Assembly: GCA_024704765.1 (NCBI GenBank)
Contig: JAKMXF010000155.1
Span: 706,098 to 770,097 of the forward strand
Reading direction: 5' to 3'
Origin: Oopsacas minuta
Taxonomy: Eukaryota > Animalia > Porifera
Length of the DNA stretch: 64,000 nucleotides
Both the position numbers and the translations under genes were made by a program. Positions 28,901 through 42,168 of the stretch are shown here, one piece after another. Under the pieces are notes generated by a model. It had not been told where the DNA came from and ran no database searches. It saw only the letters and a program-made list of their open reading frames with translations. The stretch's first letter is position 1; each line of letters begins with the position of its first letter.

Positions 28901-29724
28901 CATTTCTGGGAGTGGTAAATAATTGATCTATATTCTAGAATCAACACCTATTAACCCATATGAATCTATATATATAAATCACAGCGGAGTTCATTATGAG
29001 TCAATTGTAAGTATAGATTACTAATTTTAAGTAATGAATACTGTCTAACAATTAAATTATTATCTTTGTATACGTAGTCATAATTACTGGTGTCTGCAGT
29101 ATATTAACTAATTTATTTGTGGAACTAATTTCGGCAATTGGCTGTGGGATATACATTAATAATAGACAATTGAAACAAAAATATTTCGGATCTTTTCTCA
29201 GAAATTGTAATTGATTAAATACAGTATAACTCAGATAATACCGATCCCCTCGGAAAGCAAAAATTAGTACGACTACTGAAGTACGCTTTATTCGAATCTT
29301 TTTCCTACACGATAGTGCAAGAATAAAATTTACATACTGTAGAAGTCATACTAACGGAGTTTTACTGTATGTAAATCTTAATATTTGTTAGAACCAGTTA
29401 AATGTATAGAGTCAATCAGTAATGTATATTATTTCACAGGGGGGAGTTTGGAATTAGGAACCAGTCGTATAAGTTTAAACTACACCTTTGTATCCATAAA
29501 TTAGAATTATTCCTCAATTGTATGTTATGTACCCAAGTTACTTAAAGTCAATTAACTAAAATAATTGATATATATAAGGCCATATAAAATAATATACTTG
29601 TTTATCATCCCCGCTCACCCCATTTAATTTCCCTCCTCGGCAATTTTTTTAATTTTAAAACATATCTTTATTTAATAATTATATTCGCAGATGAGCATCT
29701 TCGAAACAAACTAATTATTTAACA

Positions 29725-29925
29725 CTAGCGCCCTTCGCTTGCTAGGTCGCTGAGCAGTGTGGCTACTCATGTGATTTTTCGAAAAATCAAAAAAGGTGGC
29801 AATGGCATCATAATTTCGTCCAAGACTCAAATCTGTCCGAGTCAGGCCCAATTTCCCCACCCTGTATGGCAAAAATCAGTCCTGGGGTGTGCACTAAATT
29901 CTTATCATTATTATTTAAATTGTAC
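29725..29925 (-). mobile_element. Helitron-like family B, copy 3 (internally deleted), nested in the MULE
   Basis: A|CTAGCGCCCTTCGCTTGCTAGGTCGCTG matches the end of copy 2 (A|CTAGGGCGCTTCACTTGCTAGGTCGCTG) and joins directly to CATAATTTCGTCCAAGACTCAAA..TGTCCGAG, shared with ~22280-22350. Confidence 0.65.
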
Positions 29926-32900
29926 AATAATTCAGATTATAGAGAGGAAGTGAATATTAGTTTCCCATATGCAGTGAAAGCTTATACGAGCACCAACGTA
30001 CCTTACGGTAAAAATTTATTCGCTTTTCCGGAGTTCATAGTCCGGAGTAATATCTATTGAAGTACGGTTGTAGGGACCTGATTATGTCGAATATTGTTCG
30101 TCTTATCAGAAATTGGTATTAACGAGATAGTATAAATAAATTTTAAAATACGCTAAGCATAAATAAAAATTAAATGCCACCCCCGCCCCCATTTCGCAGA
30201 AAAAATGGATGAGAAACAAGTAATTTATTTTATATCGCCTAACCTGAAAATCTCATGAAAACTTACTACATGAATATATATGTATTTAACTATTACTCGT
30301 TCGTTCCAATAGAGAATATCTTATGTCAGTTAATTTCCTCAATCAACTCTGTTGCATGTATTATTAATTAATCTTGTAAAAGTTGAGGACATACTCTGAA
30401 TAGGGAATCCAGAATCAAACCTAAGGAATTTGAAGTTGAGAATTTAACCCCACATATAAATTATATATCCGCATTGGTTTATTGGGTAGAATAATATTCT
30501 GTGCTATGCTTAAATTCTGAAGACAATATTTCTGATGATATCCAAAAATTGTTGAGAATTTCTTCATTATTATGAAACAAAAAATGGACTAAAAACATGC
30601 CATAAGATTGACATGAGACACAAAGCGATTTTGATATTATAAGTGAACATTGGGTTTATTTACCATTACCAGGATATAGCTAGTCAACACACTGTCGGTC
30701 GTAGACAAATTCATTGAAGAGCTCTTCTACTGATGTCCTTATTAGATTATTGTAAATAAGCGAATTTAATGTGTAATTCTATGCTGAATATTTTTTGTGC
30801 ATCCAAGATATAACGAATAGTATATGTGTAATTCCATATCGATTTTTGTATGTTCTGTTCAAATTGTCTATAAATACAAATGGATTTCGTTACAACTCCT
30901 AGCAGATTCTCATTATTCATTTCTATTTCAATAAGATTATAGTACTTTCCAGTATAATATCTATTGAGGTAATCATTTTTGGAGAAAAATCTTTAGAAAT
31001 ATTCATTTGGAAAATCTACTTGTTTGTGGTTCCTACATTTATAATTTGCTACATTATTGAATTTCTTAAAAAGTGTAAAGAATTTGTGAAGTGCAAAATA
31101 GAATGGTAACTAAAGTAAGTAGAATAATGTGACTTCCTATACCTAAGATTACAGTCACTGTGTATAGGCTTACAAGATAACAACGATGGTCTATACAGAA
31201 GCTATAGTATATTACAAAGACTAGAGAATTTGAGAAATAATAGATACTATAAAAGGATTAAAATGTAATAAAAACTACTAGCAACCCCCCTCTTGTATTT
31301 CTTTAAGAAATTGATTTATAGAATTCGATGGAAGTTATCTGTAAAATTTGATTCGATTCTGGTGGTAAATACTTTCGAGAGTTGATTCCAGAGTTGGAGT
31401 TCGTAATGCACAAAACCTCATATTTAAATAATTTTTAGAATGCTGGGAGGGTGCTAATTTTTTTGGTATTTCACGATAATACTGATATCGTTAGAAACGT
31501 TCACATCTCAACTATCGATTAACATTAAAATATTTTAAATTCAGTTTTGTATAGGCTAAGGAACAACAGTTTGAACTGACCCTACTTTATGTATAATATA
31601 ATCTATCCCCCCTCAAATCTCACTTCCAACTTCAACTTTGAAATCTGATAACTCAGCGAGTTGTAAGAATTTTGGAATGAAATTTAATTTATATACATAA
31701 ACGTTCATATCTCCTTAATATAGGATAGGGAATTTCAGAATCAATTTCAAAATTTATACCGAAATTTCGAACAAAGTTGTATACATACTCATTATTACGA
31801 TAACTAGTGAATAAAGTAAAAAAAAATGAAATTCTTTATTTTGCCTAAACGTCCGACAATCCTCTATCGAATGATACCAATTACGTTTAATCAGCTGTGC
31901 AAGTGAGTATAATTAGTGATTGAAGTTTACATGGTCGAATACGAGGCTAACTTCGCACTCGTCATCGCTCAAACTTCACCCCCCTATGTCTCTTTCGGAT
32001 AAATCTTGTGTTTAACTCACAGGATTATCAGCAGCAAAAGCTTTCATTCCATTAAATGTAACATTTGTGGGAATTTAAACGAAAAGTAATGAATGACTCA
32101 CTTATAGGGCTATCGAATGACTAAACCTTTCTTATTGATGTGACTATCAATGACTTTGTGGTACGTTCGCACCAAGATTTTGATTTGGCTTATTTGTTAC
32201 TTATATTCATATGAATAACTAATATATTTGCATCTAATGAAACCTGATTTGTACGAACTCCTGATTAGCGAACAAATGTTTTTGTCCTTCCTTTCGTGCT
32301 CGTATTAACGAAGTTCTAATTTATGATTGATTCAAAAGTGTGAAAATCGAAATCAGTAATTTTGGTACTTTTCTACAAATTTTTAAAATTATGTTTACTT
32401 TCTTGTTAAACATGATAAAGGTATATTTTCTAACATTTTGGGATTGAGAAATTCTAATTCAATATTGCATACCATATATCCCTTTTCTTAACAACGAACA
32501 AACAGACAAACAATCAGACAACTTTACTAGGTTAGTTATTAAATTATGTTAATGTTTTGATAAATAATAATTATCCAGACAATGAAGGATTCTAGGATAC
32601 TATTTATCTAAGGTAAATCATTATTCTGATTATTTAATTTCACTGAAAATATTTAGCATTTCAACTTGCATGTCTTTTATCTTATTGGAGTCGCCAATTC
32701 GTTGGAGCAGCACTAGATAGTTTTCAAATACATCACTAATGCGAATTGCATTCGAAAGTGTCTAGGATTGACGATGAAGGAAATATATCAATTGATGATT
32801 CGATATTTCCATAGGATATAAGTGAGGAGCTCGATATCCAACTTGCACAGCTTTATCGAAGCGAGACTGAAGATTTAGATGATACTGTTCATGAGCTACA

Positions 32901-33279
32901 ACAACAAAGAGGTATTTCAGGTTGTGGTGTCTTACAATTGTAGTTAGTGTCGCTTAGCGAATGTTTTATAACCAAGTATATTGAGAAGGAACCCGGGCAA
33001 TTTGAGACGTCACCTGCGTAATTTCATCATTTCTGGAAAATTATCACCCCTGCCTACAATTTCTGATATGTTCTATTCACGGACACATGTTAATTGGAAT
33101 ATATATTTGAACTTGTGGTTATTTGTAGTCTAGCTTCGCTTTCATGAATATGATGAATTTTCAAGTGTTTACTCAATGGTTTCATAAACCATGCGTTAGC
33201 CTACTGAATATTACACAAACATTTTCCTCGTTCATTTGTTAGAGGTGTATCACCAAAAAGAGTTTAGTAATGATGATTA

Positions 33280-36200
33280 CACAAGTCAACAAAGTTTCAC
33301 ATTTATTCTCATCAAGTAAAATGGGTATTTTCTAGACTACTTTTTTTGTGCTGATTTCGAATCTGCCAATCATTCCTCTCTAACACATAAATATTTTTAT
33401 TTTCTAGCTCGAAATCTTCGAATTCAATTTCGAAATATTGCATATTGTATTATGCTTAATTAATGCTAAAAGTTGTTCAGCTAATAAATGTTACTTGTTA
33501 TTAGAGTCTCCATGTGAATAATTCAATAATTAATTGAGTATCAAATTAGAACCTAACTATCATGCAATAGGAAATTGAAAAGTTTTCACATTTGTGAGAT
33601 ATACCTGGTGAGACACAAATGTAATGAGACTCTATTTCTACATCAATATTTAGGAGAGTTTAATAAGTTATCATTTTGGATTTATGAAATGTATTCCCCA
33701 TACATTCAACCACTGACTTACAATGCCTATAAATGTTTGAATTTCCAGTCGGAAACGTTCTGGTGGCAGCTGTCTCATGAATTGCAGCGTTTTCCCTTGG
33801 ATTTCTTCTGCACTAGAATATTCATCTTGCGTAGATGCTTTTTAAGGTCCTTGAAACCCACCTATCGCACTGATTCCGGTCTGGACTGGATGGCGATTGT
33901 TAAATTAACACCATATCCCTCCTTTTAAGGTATTCCATTGTCACTCTACTAGTATAGGGTCTAGCGTTGTCATGTTGCCATCATAATTCAATAATTTTTG
34001 TTGGACTGGAGTGGGTTTAAGCCATCGTTCTCCTGTGGATTGAATAAAGTCAATATATACCTTTGCATTTATTGTCCCTTTGGTGGCTGAGAGGACAACG
34101 CTAAATTTCCTATCCCCAGTGAATGCCCAAATGATTAATACCTTACGATTTGTCATTTGAAGTCGGACTACTCAAAGACGCTTCTGATCAGGGGGCCAGC
34201 CATGCTTTGTTCTCTGTTTTTGTTAGATGAGTGTCAAAGAACACCAAACTCTCGTCCTCAGTAGCCCAACACTTTAGAAATTTGGCCATTGGGTATTTAT
34301 CAATCATCCCGACGATTTCTTGAGCACAGACCACCCTAGAGTCCATGTTAGCCTTAGCAAGCAGGTGTGGGGGCCAGACAGAGCAGACCTTTCTCAATCC
34401 CAGTACCTCAACTAAGATGCGTCTAACCGATTTTCTACCAACCTCAGTTGCATCAGCTAGTATTCGTACTGACTGTTTAGGTTCAGCTTCAATTAATTGA
34501 CGAATTTGATGAATATGGATGTCGTCTGTCGAGGAAGGAGGGCAGTCCACTCTGGGATCGTCCTTTAACGAAGGTCTCTCCTCATTAAACCTTTAATACC
34601 ATCTAAACACAGTCGCTCTTGACGGGGATTCATAGAGTTTTGCTTCCAGAAGTTGATCATGAATTTCTCTCGGGATGCTACCCCTCCTAAGCTCGATTAT
34701 TATGTAAGCCCTGAAATGTTCTTTGTCTAAATTCTTCAACGCTGCAGGAGTATACTCTCTATGAGCAAATATAGTGAATTACCAGAAAAGAAATGTTATG
34801 AATTGTGCATAAACCGAATTTGGCACAATATATGGTGTAGTATTAACAGTTATGTGGAGATGACATGTATAATTTGTGATTATGCTCAAGTTACACATTG
34901 GGTCTTATTACCTTCGAGTCTCACCAAGTATAAGTTGAATATACAATAAGAAAAATATTTAAGACGTCAAAAACGTTGAGAATAAGAATTTCTTTGTAAA
35001 CTATAATGGGTACATCTCTGTATAACATCCAGCAACAGTCCGCCATCATACTGTCATTCCAGAAACCTTGATATTGATTTTCCATTCTGAGAATGTCTTG
35101 GTGAAATCCTTTGCCATATTCATCCATTACAGCACCAAGGTTTTCTGGAAAAACATAGAGATGGGAGTGCAAAAAGTGTAGTTTCAATGACAACGGCATC
35201 CCATGTTTTCATATGATTGAATTAAGTGTTTTATTCCCTCAATATACTTTGTTGACTTCATATTACCTAAAACGTTTTCACAAATCCATTTGGAAGATTT
35301 CCAAGCTGTGAATTCCTTAACCGAAAGTATGTTGTCAAACTCTTCATCCTTGAGAACTTCCCTAATTTGTAGTCCAATAAATACACCCTCTTTAAGCTCA
35401 GCATCACTTAATTTGGGAAAATTCTCAACAATATAGCGGAACCCTGTAGAATTTGTTTTACCCATTGGTTTGACAAAAGATTTCATCGATCCGGGTTTTA
35501 TATGAAGTAGTGGCAACAAGATATTATCAGGATATACCAATGGTATATATTCAATATTGAATTTTCCTACTCCAGAATTTGTTCTCCTGGGCCAATCACG
35601 CTTTTTGTGATGATATACCGTTGCACAGCTGCACAATAAATTAAGAAAGCAACAATATTTGGTGAATCCTTATTGCAACCCCATTAACAGACCAATGACC
35701 TTAAGATCCTCACATATATTCCACCTGTGTGTTATATATTTGATCGCAACCAAAACCTCTTCCAGGTTATATATGACTCTAAGATTTACAGAGTAGCAAT
35801 TGGAATTGCCCGATTTTTATTTCTGTTATGCAACAAAACGGCTTTCAAGCTATGTTTCAATGAATCAATATATAGGCGCCAAACAGAGGATGAATTTTCC
35901 TGTGACTAACAAGAAAACAGCCCGCCAATAGCATTAAAATAATAGAGAAGACCATCAACTGTGAAATATTGAGCCAAATCAGAATTTCGTTTATTGTAGT
36001 GGGACACTATAACATTCTTGTTGAGTAAATTCTTTTGTTGAAGCCTTGATGAAAGAAGTTCTGTCTTTTCCTTCGACAGATCAGGATCCCTGCCAAGTCA
36101 TTCAATTCACACTCTCTGAAGGTTTGGGGCGCTAAATTACTATCTTCAGGGACGTATTCTGAACCAATAGAAGATTCATCCATTGAATATGACAAAGTAT

Positions 36201-36903
36201 CTACATCATCAGAAAGTGAATTAAATCCATATAACGTAGGAGTAGGGACAGGCAAGGAGACATCATGAGGAACTGGTCTGCGAGCAGATTGCAAATCTGG
36301 GAAAATGATTTTATGTTTATTTTTCATTGAAAACCCAGTGGTATTTACGATGCAAAAATAGCAATCATCGTAGTGATTCTTTGGTTCCCTCCAAACCATT
36401 TGGTATTCCAAAAGCACTGAAGTTTTTCTTTTGTTCACCCAATCACGTAAGCCACTAGAACAAGCAGAACTAATCACATGAGGCGCCCACATCTTATCTT
36501 GACCACCTAAAGGACAATCAAAATACTGGCTATATGTTGTCTTGAGCTCATTTGTTATGGTAGGCGTTGTGATTTTAAACAAAAGGAGCCACGAACATAG
36601 CAAAAACTGTGTGGTGTATTGATACATCTGCGATGCATTATGAGATTAATTGACTCAAAAAAGAGAAATAGAGCTAGTAAATTGGGATATATTGCATTAA
36701 TTTACAAATTGTGTTACTTTGCTATTGTAATATTTTAGGAAATTTAGAATTATATTATTGAAAATAATGGAATAATATAGTTGGATTTTATGAAAAAGCT
36801 ACACGTGATAGATAAAGACGGAGAGCAGATTTGAAATCAGCACAAAAAATCACGTTAGAGAAGTTATATATGATCTATGATTAAAACACCTTGTTGACAT
36901 GTG
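33280..36903 (-). mobile_element. Chapaev3-like element, copy 2 (transposase relic 36638->34967) with a nested mariner
   Basis: TTA|CACAAGTCAACAA...TTGTTGACATGTG|TAA. Motifs MHRRCINTPHSFCYV, QDKMWAPHV, WREPKNHYDDCYFC, LHIKPG, LSLKLHFLHSHL, MMADCCW. Confidence 0.88.
33604..34928 (-). mobile_element. mariner-like DD34D element inserted in the 3' UTR of Chapaev copy 2
   Basis: TA|C(C/T)TGGTGAGAC.C.AA.GTAAT.AGAC TIRs, TA TSD, 1325 bp. Motifs VWPPHLL, WATEDES and WQHDNARP...SPDRNQCD with 34-residue spacing. Confidence 0.9.
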
Positions 36904-37149
36904 TAATATAATGTATTCTTGTTAATTTACAACAGCTTACTATTTTTTCATGAATTGTGTATTAGCTACTAGCACTTTAGTTTTTGTAGCTCTTGTTCAT
37001 TCAAATAGTGAATAAATATCTTACAATGTAGAATTTGTTTCGATTCGCATGGAAGATACTTGTGTGATTATTCTCTTTAGTGTAGAGAACGGCTGCCTGC
37101 AAATTTAAGAGTTTATTCTCATGAAATCTCGGCTCTTCATTGACTTCAA

Positions 37150-38880
37150 TGAATATGCTCGATTACTGCAATGATTCTTCCAGCGAAAGCAGCAAACCAA
37201 GAATGTTGTATCTTTGAAAATTTTGGTTTCCCGAATATTTATATAGAGTTGTTATTATTTAATGCAGCTATGTACTTACGTTTAGCATATTCAGAGCATT
37301 ACAGAGATTTAATTAAAAGTCTTAGAGATGTATGTGCGTCTGTACATATTTTGTGTATTAGTTCTAACTTGATTTTACATGTATTGTGTAGATTGCTAGC
37401 TTTGTCGTATATTATAATACGCGGGGGCTTTTTTGAACAATGACAGGACTAGGTTGAATACTGTAGTTATAGATCTTTACTATGAAGTATTTGAATCCTT
37501 GGCACACTATATGTCTACAGACAACAACTAACAGTCCTGGTGATAATCATCGATGTTTCAGATACATTTTTGTACATTCTTTATATTCCTCCTCGTTATC
37601 ATCTTCATATATCAGTGATCTATGGGTTGATTATATTTGAAAGTTTGCACTATAGACTTTTAGATTATATTTTCAGCATATGCATCATACTGAATGAATA
37701 GTTGAATATAATTATACTGGAAAGTAATTATATAGAGTATCATTTGATGGGAAAGTATCTACCTTCTTCCTTCCTTCTATATGGTTATTGAGTAATTCAA
37801 TCTTGGATAGAATAGCCATTGGAACACCTGCAAGAATAGGATGAAGTCTGAATCCTATACTATTAGTACATCAACTTCACCAAACGAGCTAAGGAATAGC
37901 ATTAGTGTATGCATTTTTTCGAAAATCTCATAAAGCAGACATGCATCAATTTGGTTACCACAAGAGATATTTTCAGTAGCTTCCTTCTCGCACTCGTTTG
38001 GCATAGATACAGGAGGATGCTAGGAATTAATTCTGATCTGGAGAATAGTTCCGTAATGGTTAGCATTAGGATAGTTCAGGCTAATTAGATGGACCTCATC
38101 AATTACACTGTCAGCGTAAATGATGTACTCTGTAATTTCTTCAAACTCCAAAGAGTTGACCATGTATGAAACTCGCTTTCACCTAATTCAAAGGAATAAC
38201 ACTATTTGATAAATTTTCTTAATGTAGATCAGTTACCAATAGCCTTTTTGATAATGGTACAAATGATAGCCTCAGATCCTCCAGGTATTCCTCGACTGTA
38301 TTCGGGAGTTCCTTAATTGTCCCCATTGTTATACCATCCATAATCAAGAATTCTGGAGCTTTTTGGCATAATCGGCAAATGTAGTTTGTCTTATAGTTGA
38401 TGTCGAACATAACTAAGCACCTATTCCATCCATGCTGTAGTATATGAGAACTAATGGTGAGTTCCAAACCTATCCTCTCAAATTTATTGTTTTTGCTCTA
38501 AAATAGAATAAAGAGTAACCACGTCAGCTTTCTAAAATGAATATGATATAATTGGTTATATAATTATGACTATCGACCGTAATAGATCACTTGCAATCAA
38601 TCTATATGTTTCCTTTGTTATTTTGGTATTCAATGGAATACATACGCAACCGACAAAATGAATGTATTCTAAAATACATACCTCGTGTATCCATGGAGTG
38701 TATTCCGTGACATCGTCATAAACTCGCTGTATTCAAATAAACTCCATAGCGGATGATGTGGAAATTGTTGACATTCAGCACTAAATAATTTTCTCCTTCA
38801 AACACAGAGGTGCATTTATAACTTCCTTTCCAAGTGGAATACCGACAAATCGCACCTAATGTGATTGGCCAATTGATTTG
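37150..38880 (-). pseudogene. KDZ (Kyakuja-Dileera-Zisupton)/HMGXB3-type transposase fossil
   Basis: Minus-strand motifs in order: C..VFEGENYLVLNVNN (CxC-like, ~38800); YICRLCQKAPEFLIMDGITMG (ORF 38219-38467); ECTKMYLKH..LSPGLLVVVCRHIVCQGF (~37500-37580); VFNLVLSLFKKAPRIIIYDKASNLH (~37390-37460). Termini not found. Confidence 0.7.
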
Positions 38881-40157
38881 ATAATTATTTCAATTTAGAT
38901 TATAGGGAAAATAATGAATCGATCACAAGTATTATCTGTTGCGTAACTAACTACTATTATAAACTACTAGTACCTGGAAGTCGCTTCCATTTCGTTAAAA
39001 CCTGAATTCAGTATAGCAGATAAGATAATATTTGCAGTTTGATGTTATATAGACTTGCTTCTGCTTAGGTCGAATTTCGTTATATAGCTGATATTCGATT
39101 TGGTTAAAACGAGAGTCCACGGTATTAGTGACCCGGCCCCCACCAAAGGTTCACCGAGCACCCGAGCATTGAGTTCGAGGGCAATTGATTACCAATCAAA
39201 TCGATGTTATAATCCTAGGGTTTCCTATGCCTCTATTGTAGGCTAACAACGCAAATAACCTCAGATCTCTCCCCACAACCAGGGCCGGATTAAGGCATAG
39301 GGCCCCGTACTTCGAGGGATAAATTTGACGATATGAATGGATTAAACCAATCCAGTATTTTTAATTTCCCTGTTTGACCATGTAAAATATATTACATGTT
39401 TTTAATCCCGAATTTCCTCGAAAACTAGGATTGCGGATGATGGTGTTATTGAGTTAATATGTAATATATTGTTTAAACCTTCGATTATTTCATCACTTTC
39501 TCTTTGGGTATATATTTAAACTCTATCATTTTTCCTCGTCCGAATTGATAGAAAAAGTGGTTTGAGATACAGACTTGAAATTAGATACGGGGGTTGGGAA
39601 TGACGTTTCTGGAAACATGTTTAAATATCTAATGACAATATTCACAACTTCTCACATAGTTCACATTTTTTTCTACTTACTTAGGGGTTAATAACACAAA
39701 AATTCAAAAGGTGTTGAAATTATACTCCTAAAGGCTATGATGGGGTAATCAAGTATGCCAATTATGATTTTAGCATCATGTGATCAATTACTTTTGTTGT
39801 TTATGTACATAAAGTAAACTAATTTCATAAAGTTCGTATACTTTTAACGGCTATAGAGGTAATCGAGTTTTCGAATGTGATGTTGTGAATGGTGCACTGT
39901 GAATACTCGATTTAACCACCCTGTTAGTCACAGTAAATCAACGCTTTTCGGTTTCTAATCGATAACAAGTCAGATGAATCAAGTAAAGTTATAAATCAGC
40001 TATTTTGAATGTCCAATATGTCTACAAAGTAATGGTATAACATTATGATAAATTATGATAATATGTCCAAAGAATATGAGAAAAGTGAGAGTGAGAAAGA
40101 TCAAGACAGGTACCGCATCATAGCCACTGTTCTTCTCCCATGTAGCTACATCTCAAT

Positions 40158-40240
40158 AGAAAGGATAGAAGGCTGGAATAGAGTGGAGTGGAGAGGAGAA
40201 GAGAGGGGGAGTTGAGTGGAGTGAGGAGAGAAAGGAGGTG
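40158..40240 (+). repeat. Polypurine GA/GGA-rich low-complexity tract abutting the palindrome
   Basis: AGAAAGGATAGAAGG...GAGTGGAGTGGAGAGGAGAAGAGAGGGGGAGTTGAGTGGAGTGAGGAGAGAAAGGAGG. Confidence 0.85.
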
Positions 40241-40245
40241 TGATT

Positions 40246-42168
40246 CATTGATTATGTGAGCAAAGAGTGGTTTGTAAAGCTAGAGTTCATACTAAAGGGA
40301 TGATGATAGTCAAGCGCACGAATGAGCAATCCCATGTTCCTGACGAGCAGGCAGCTGGCTGGTGTGAAGCGAAGGCAGGCATGAAGAGGAAAGCATGGAA
40401 TCCCAGGACAGTACACACCACATAGTGGGCGAAAGTTTGCAGACAACATCAGAGGGTACTGCTACTAAACTACCCAAGCTTGACAGCCTGAAGGGGACGA
40501 TACAATGCCAACGAGCTAGTGCGCTTGCTGCTCCAGCATAGCCTATCACTCTAGCAGAGCTAGCCCTACCAGTAGTCTATCAGCAGCCAGCCAAGGGAGA
40601 GCAGTTCTTACTCTACGACTCTGGTGAGGATGATGTACTCAGATTTCTCATCTTCGGGACACAACGCAACCCCAGGATGCTGCGGCAAAGCAAGATCTGG
40701 CTAGCTGATAGTACCTTCAAGGCAGCGCCTTCCCTCTTCGCCCAGGTGTATGTGGTGCATGGACTCCTTGGAGGAGATGACCCTATGAAGACCGGTCATC
40801 TGTTGCCGAACCTGTTCGTGCTACTTCCCAACAAGACAGAGGACACCATATAGCCGCGACGTTCCCCATTGACCTGTGGAACTACCACTTCAGCACGCCC
40901 TTCGGACTCCCCCGTACAACCAACACCGTAGAGGCATGGTACCACAGCTTCAATGCCACTGTCGGCTGCCATCACCCCACCATATGGAAGTTCATCCTCG
41001 CCCTCAAGCGGGGCCAGGGCCTAGTGGAGATGCGGCAGACTAACTACCTTGCTGGGAAGCCACTAACCAAGCGGAGGAGGTCTCAACAGTATGAGTGAGC
41101 GATGAAGACTCTAGTTGGAGAATATTATTCACCAAATCGTACTAAGATGGAGTTCTTGCTGGATGTAGCATATCTTAACCAGTTAATCTAAAGTATTATC
41201 TTTTCATCATTCACATTTGATTTTTGATAATACTGAAATGATGTGCTACATCCAGCAAGAACTCCATCTTAGTACGATTTGGTGAATAATATTCTCCAAC
41301 TAGAGTCTTCATCGCTCACTCATACTGTTGAGACCTCCTCCGCTTGGTTAGTGGCTTCCCAGCAAGGTAGTTAGTCTGCCGCATCTCCACTAGGCCCTGG
41401 CCCCGCTTGAGGGCGAGGATGAACTTCCATATGGTGGGGTGATGGCAGCCGACAGTGGCATTGAAGCTGTGGTACCATGCCTCTACGGTGTTGGTTGTAC
41501 GGGGGAGTCCGAAGGGCGTGCTGAAGTGGTAGTTCCACAGGTCAATGGGGAACGTCGCGGCTATATGGTGTCCTCTGTCTTGTTGGGAAGTAGCACGAAC
41601 AGGTTCGGCAACAGATGACCGGTCTTCATAGGGTCATCTCCTCCAAGGAGTCCATGCACCACATACACCTGGGCGAAGAGGGAAGGCGCTGCCTTGAAGG
41701 TACTATCAGCTAGCCAGATCTTGCTTTGCCGCAGCATCCTGGGGTTGCGTTGTGTCCCGAAGATGAGAAATCTGAGTACATCATCCTCACCAGAGTCGTA
41801 GAGTAAGAACTGCTCTCCCTTGGCTGGCTGCTGATAGACTACTGGTAGGGCTAGCTCTGCTAGAGTGATAGGCTATGCTGGAGCAGCAAGCGCACTAGCT
41901 CGTTGGCATTGTATCGTCCCCTTCAGGCTGTCAAGCTTGGGTAGTTTAGTAGCAGTACCCTCTGATGTTGTCTGCAAACTTTCGCCCACTATGTGGTGTG
42001 TACTGTCCTGGGATTCCATGCTTTCCTCTTCATGCCTGCCTTCGCTTCACACCAGCCAGCTGCCTGCTCGTCAGGAACATGGGATTGCTCATTCGTGCGC
42101 TTGACTATCATCATCCCTTTAGTATGAACTCTAGCTTTGCAAACCACTCTTTGCTCACATAATCAATG
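40246..42168. repeat. Near-perfect palindrome: arms 40246-41170 and 41244-42168 (925 bp each), 73-bp spacer
   Basis: Paired coordinates sum to 82414 throughout, including the mirrored ORFs 40310-40549/41865-42104 and 40252-40449/41965-42162. One mismatch found by manual comparison (40275 T vs 42139 G). Confidence 0.98.

Larger units (their letters stand above)
26112..31962 (+). mobile_element. Foldback/NOF-like Mutator (MULE) element with ~820-bp TIRs
   Basis: Arms ~26112-26925 and ~31140-31962 are collinear diverged inverted repeats (ACGAGTG(T/C)GAAGTTAGCCT.GTATTCGACCA...). Candidate 8-bp TSD GATCACTC/CATCGCTC matches at 6 of 8 positions. Internal + strand relic: LNLDATGSLISK...IFYYSL...PVVEMTSSDHSTAEILHFLNKW...VEMDYSW...AFN...LHLCSAHVM. 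Confidence 0.8.

Noticed and set aside
40252-42162. Duplicated ORF pairs 40252-40449/41965-42162 and 40310-40549/41865-42104 as novel small genes
   Set aside because: They are antisense frames of the decayed MULE transposase, duplicated by the palindrome.
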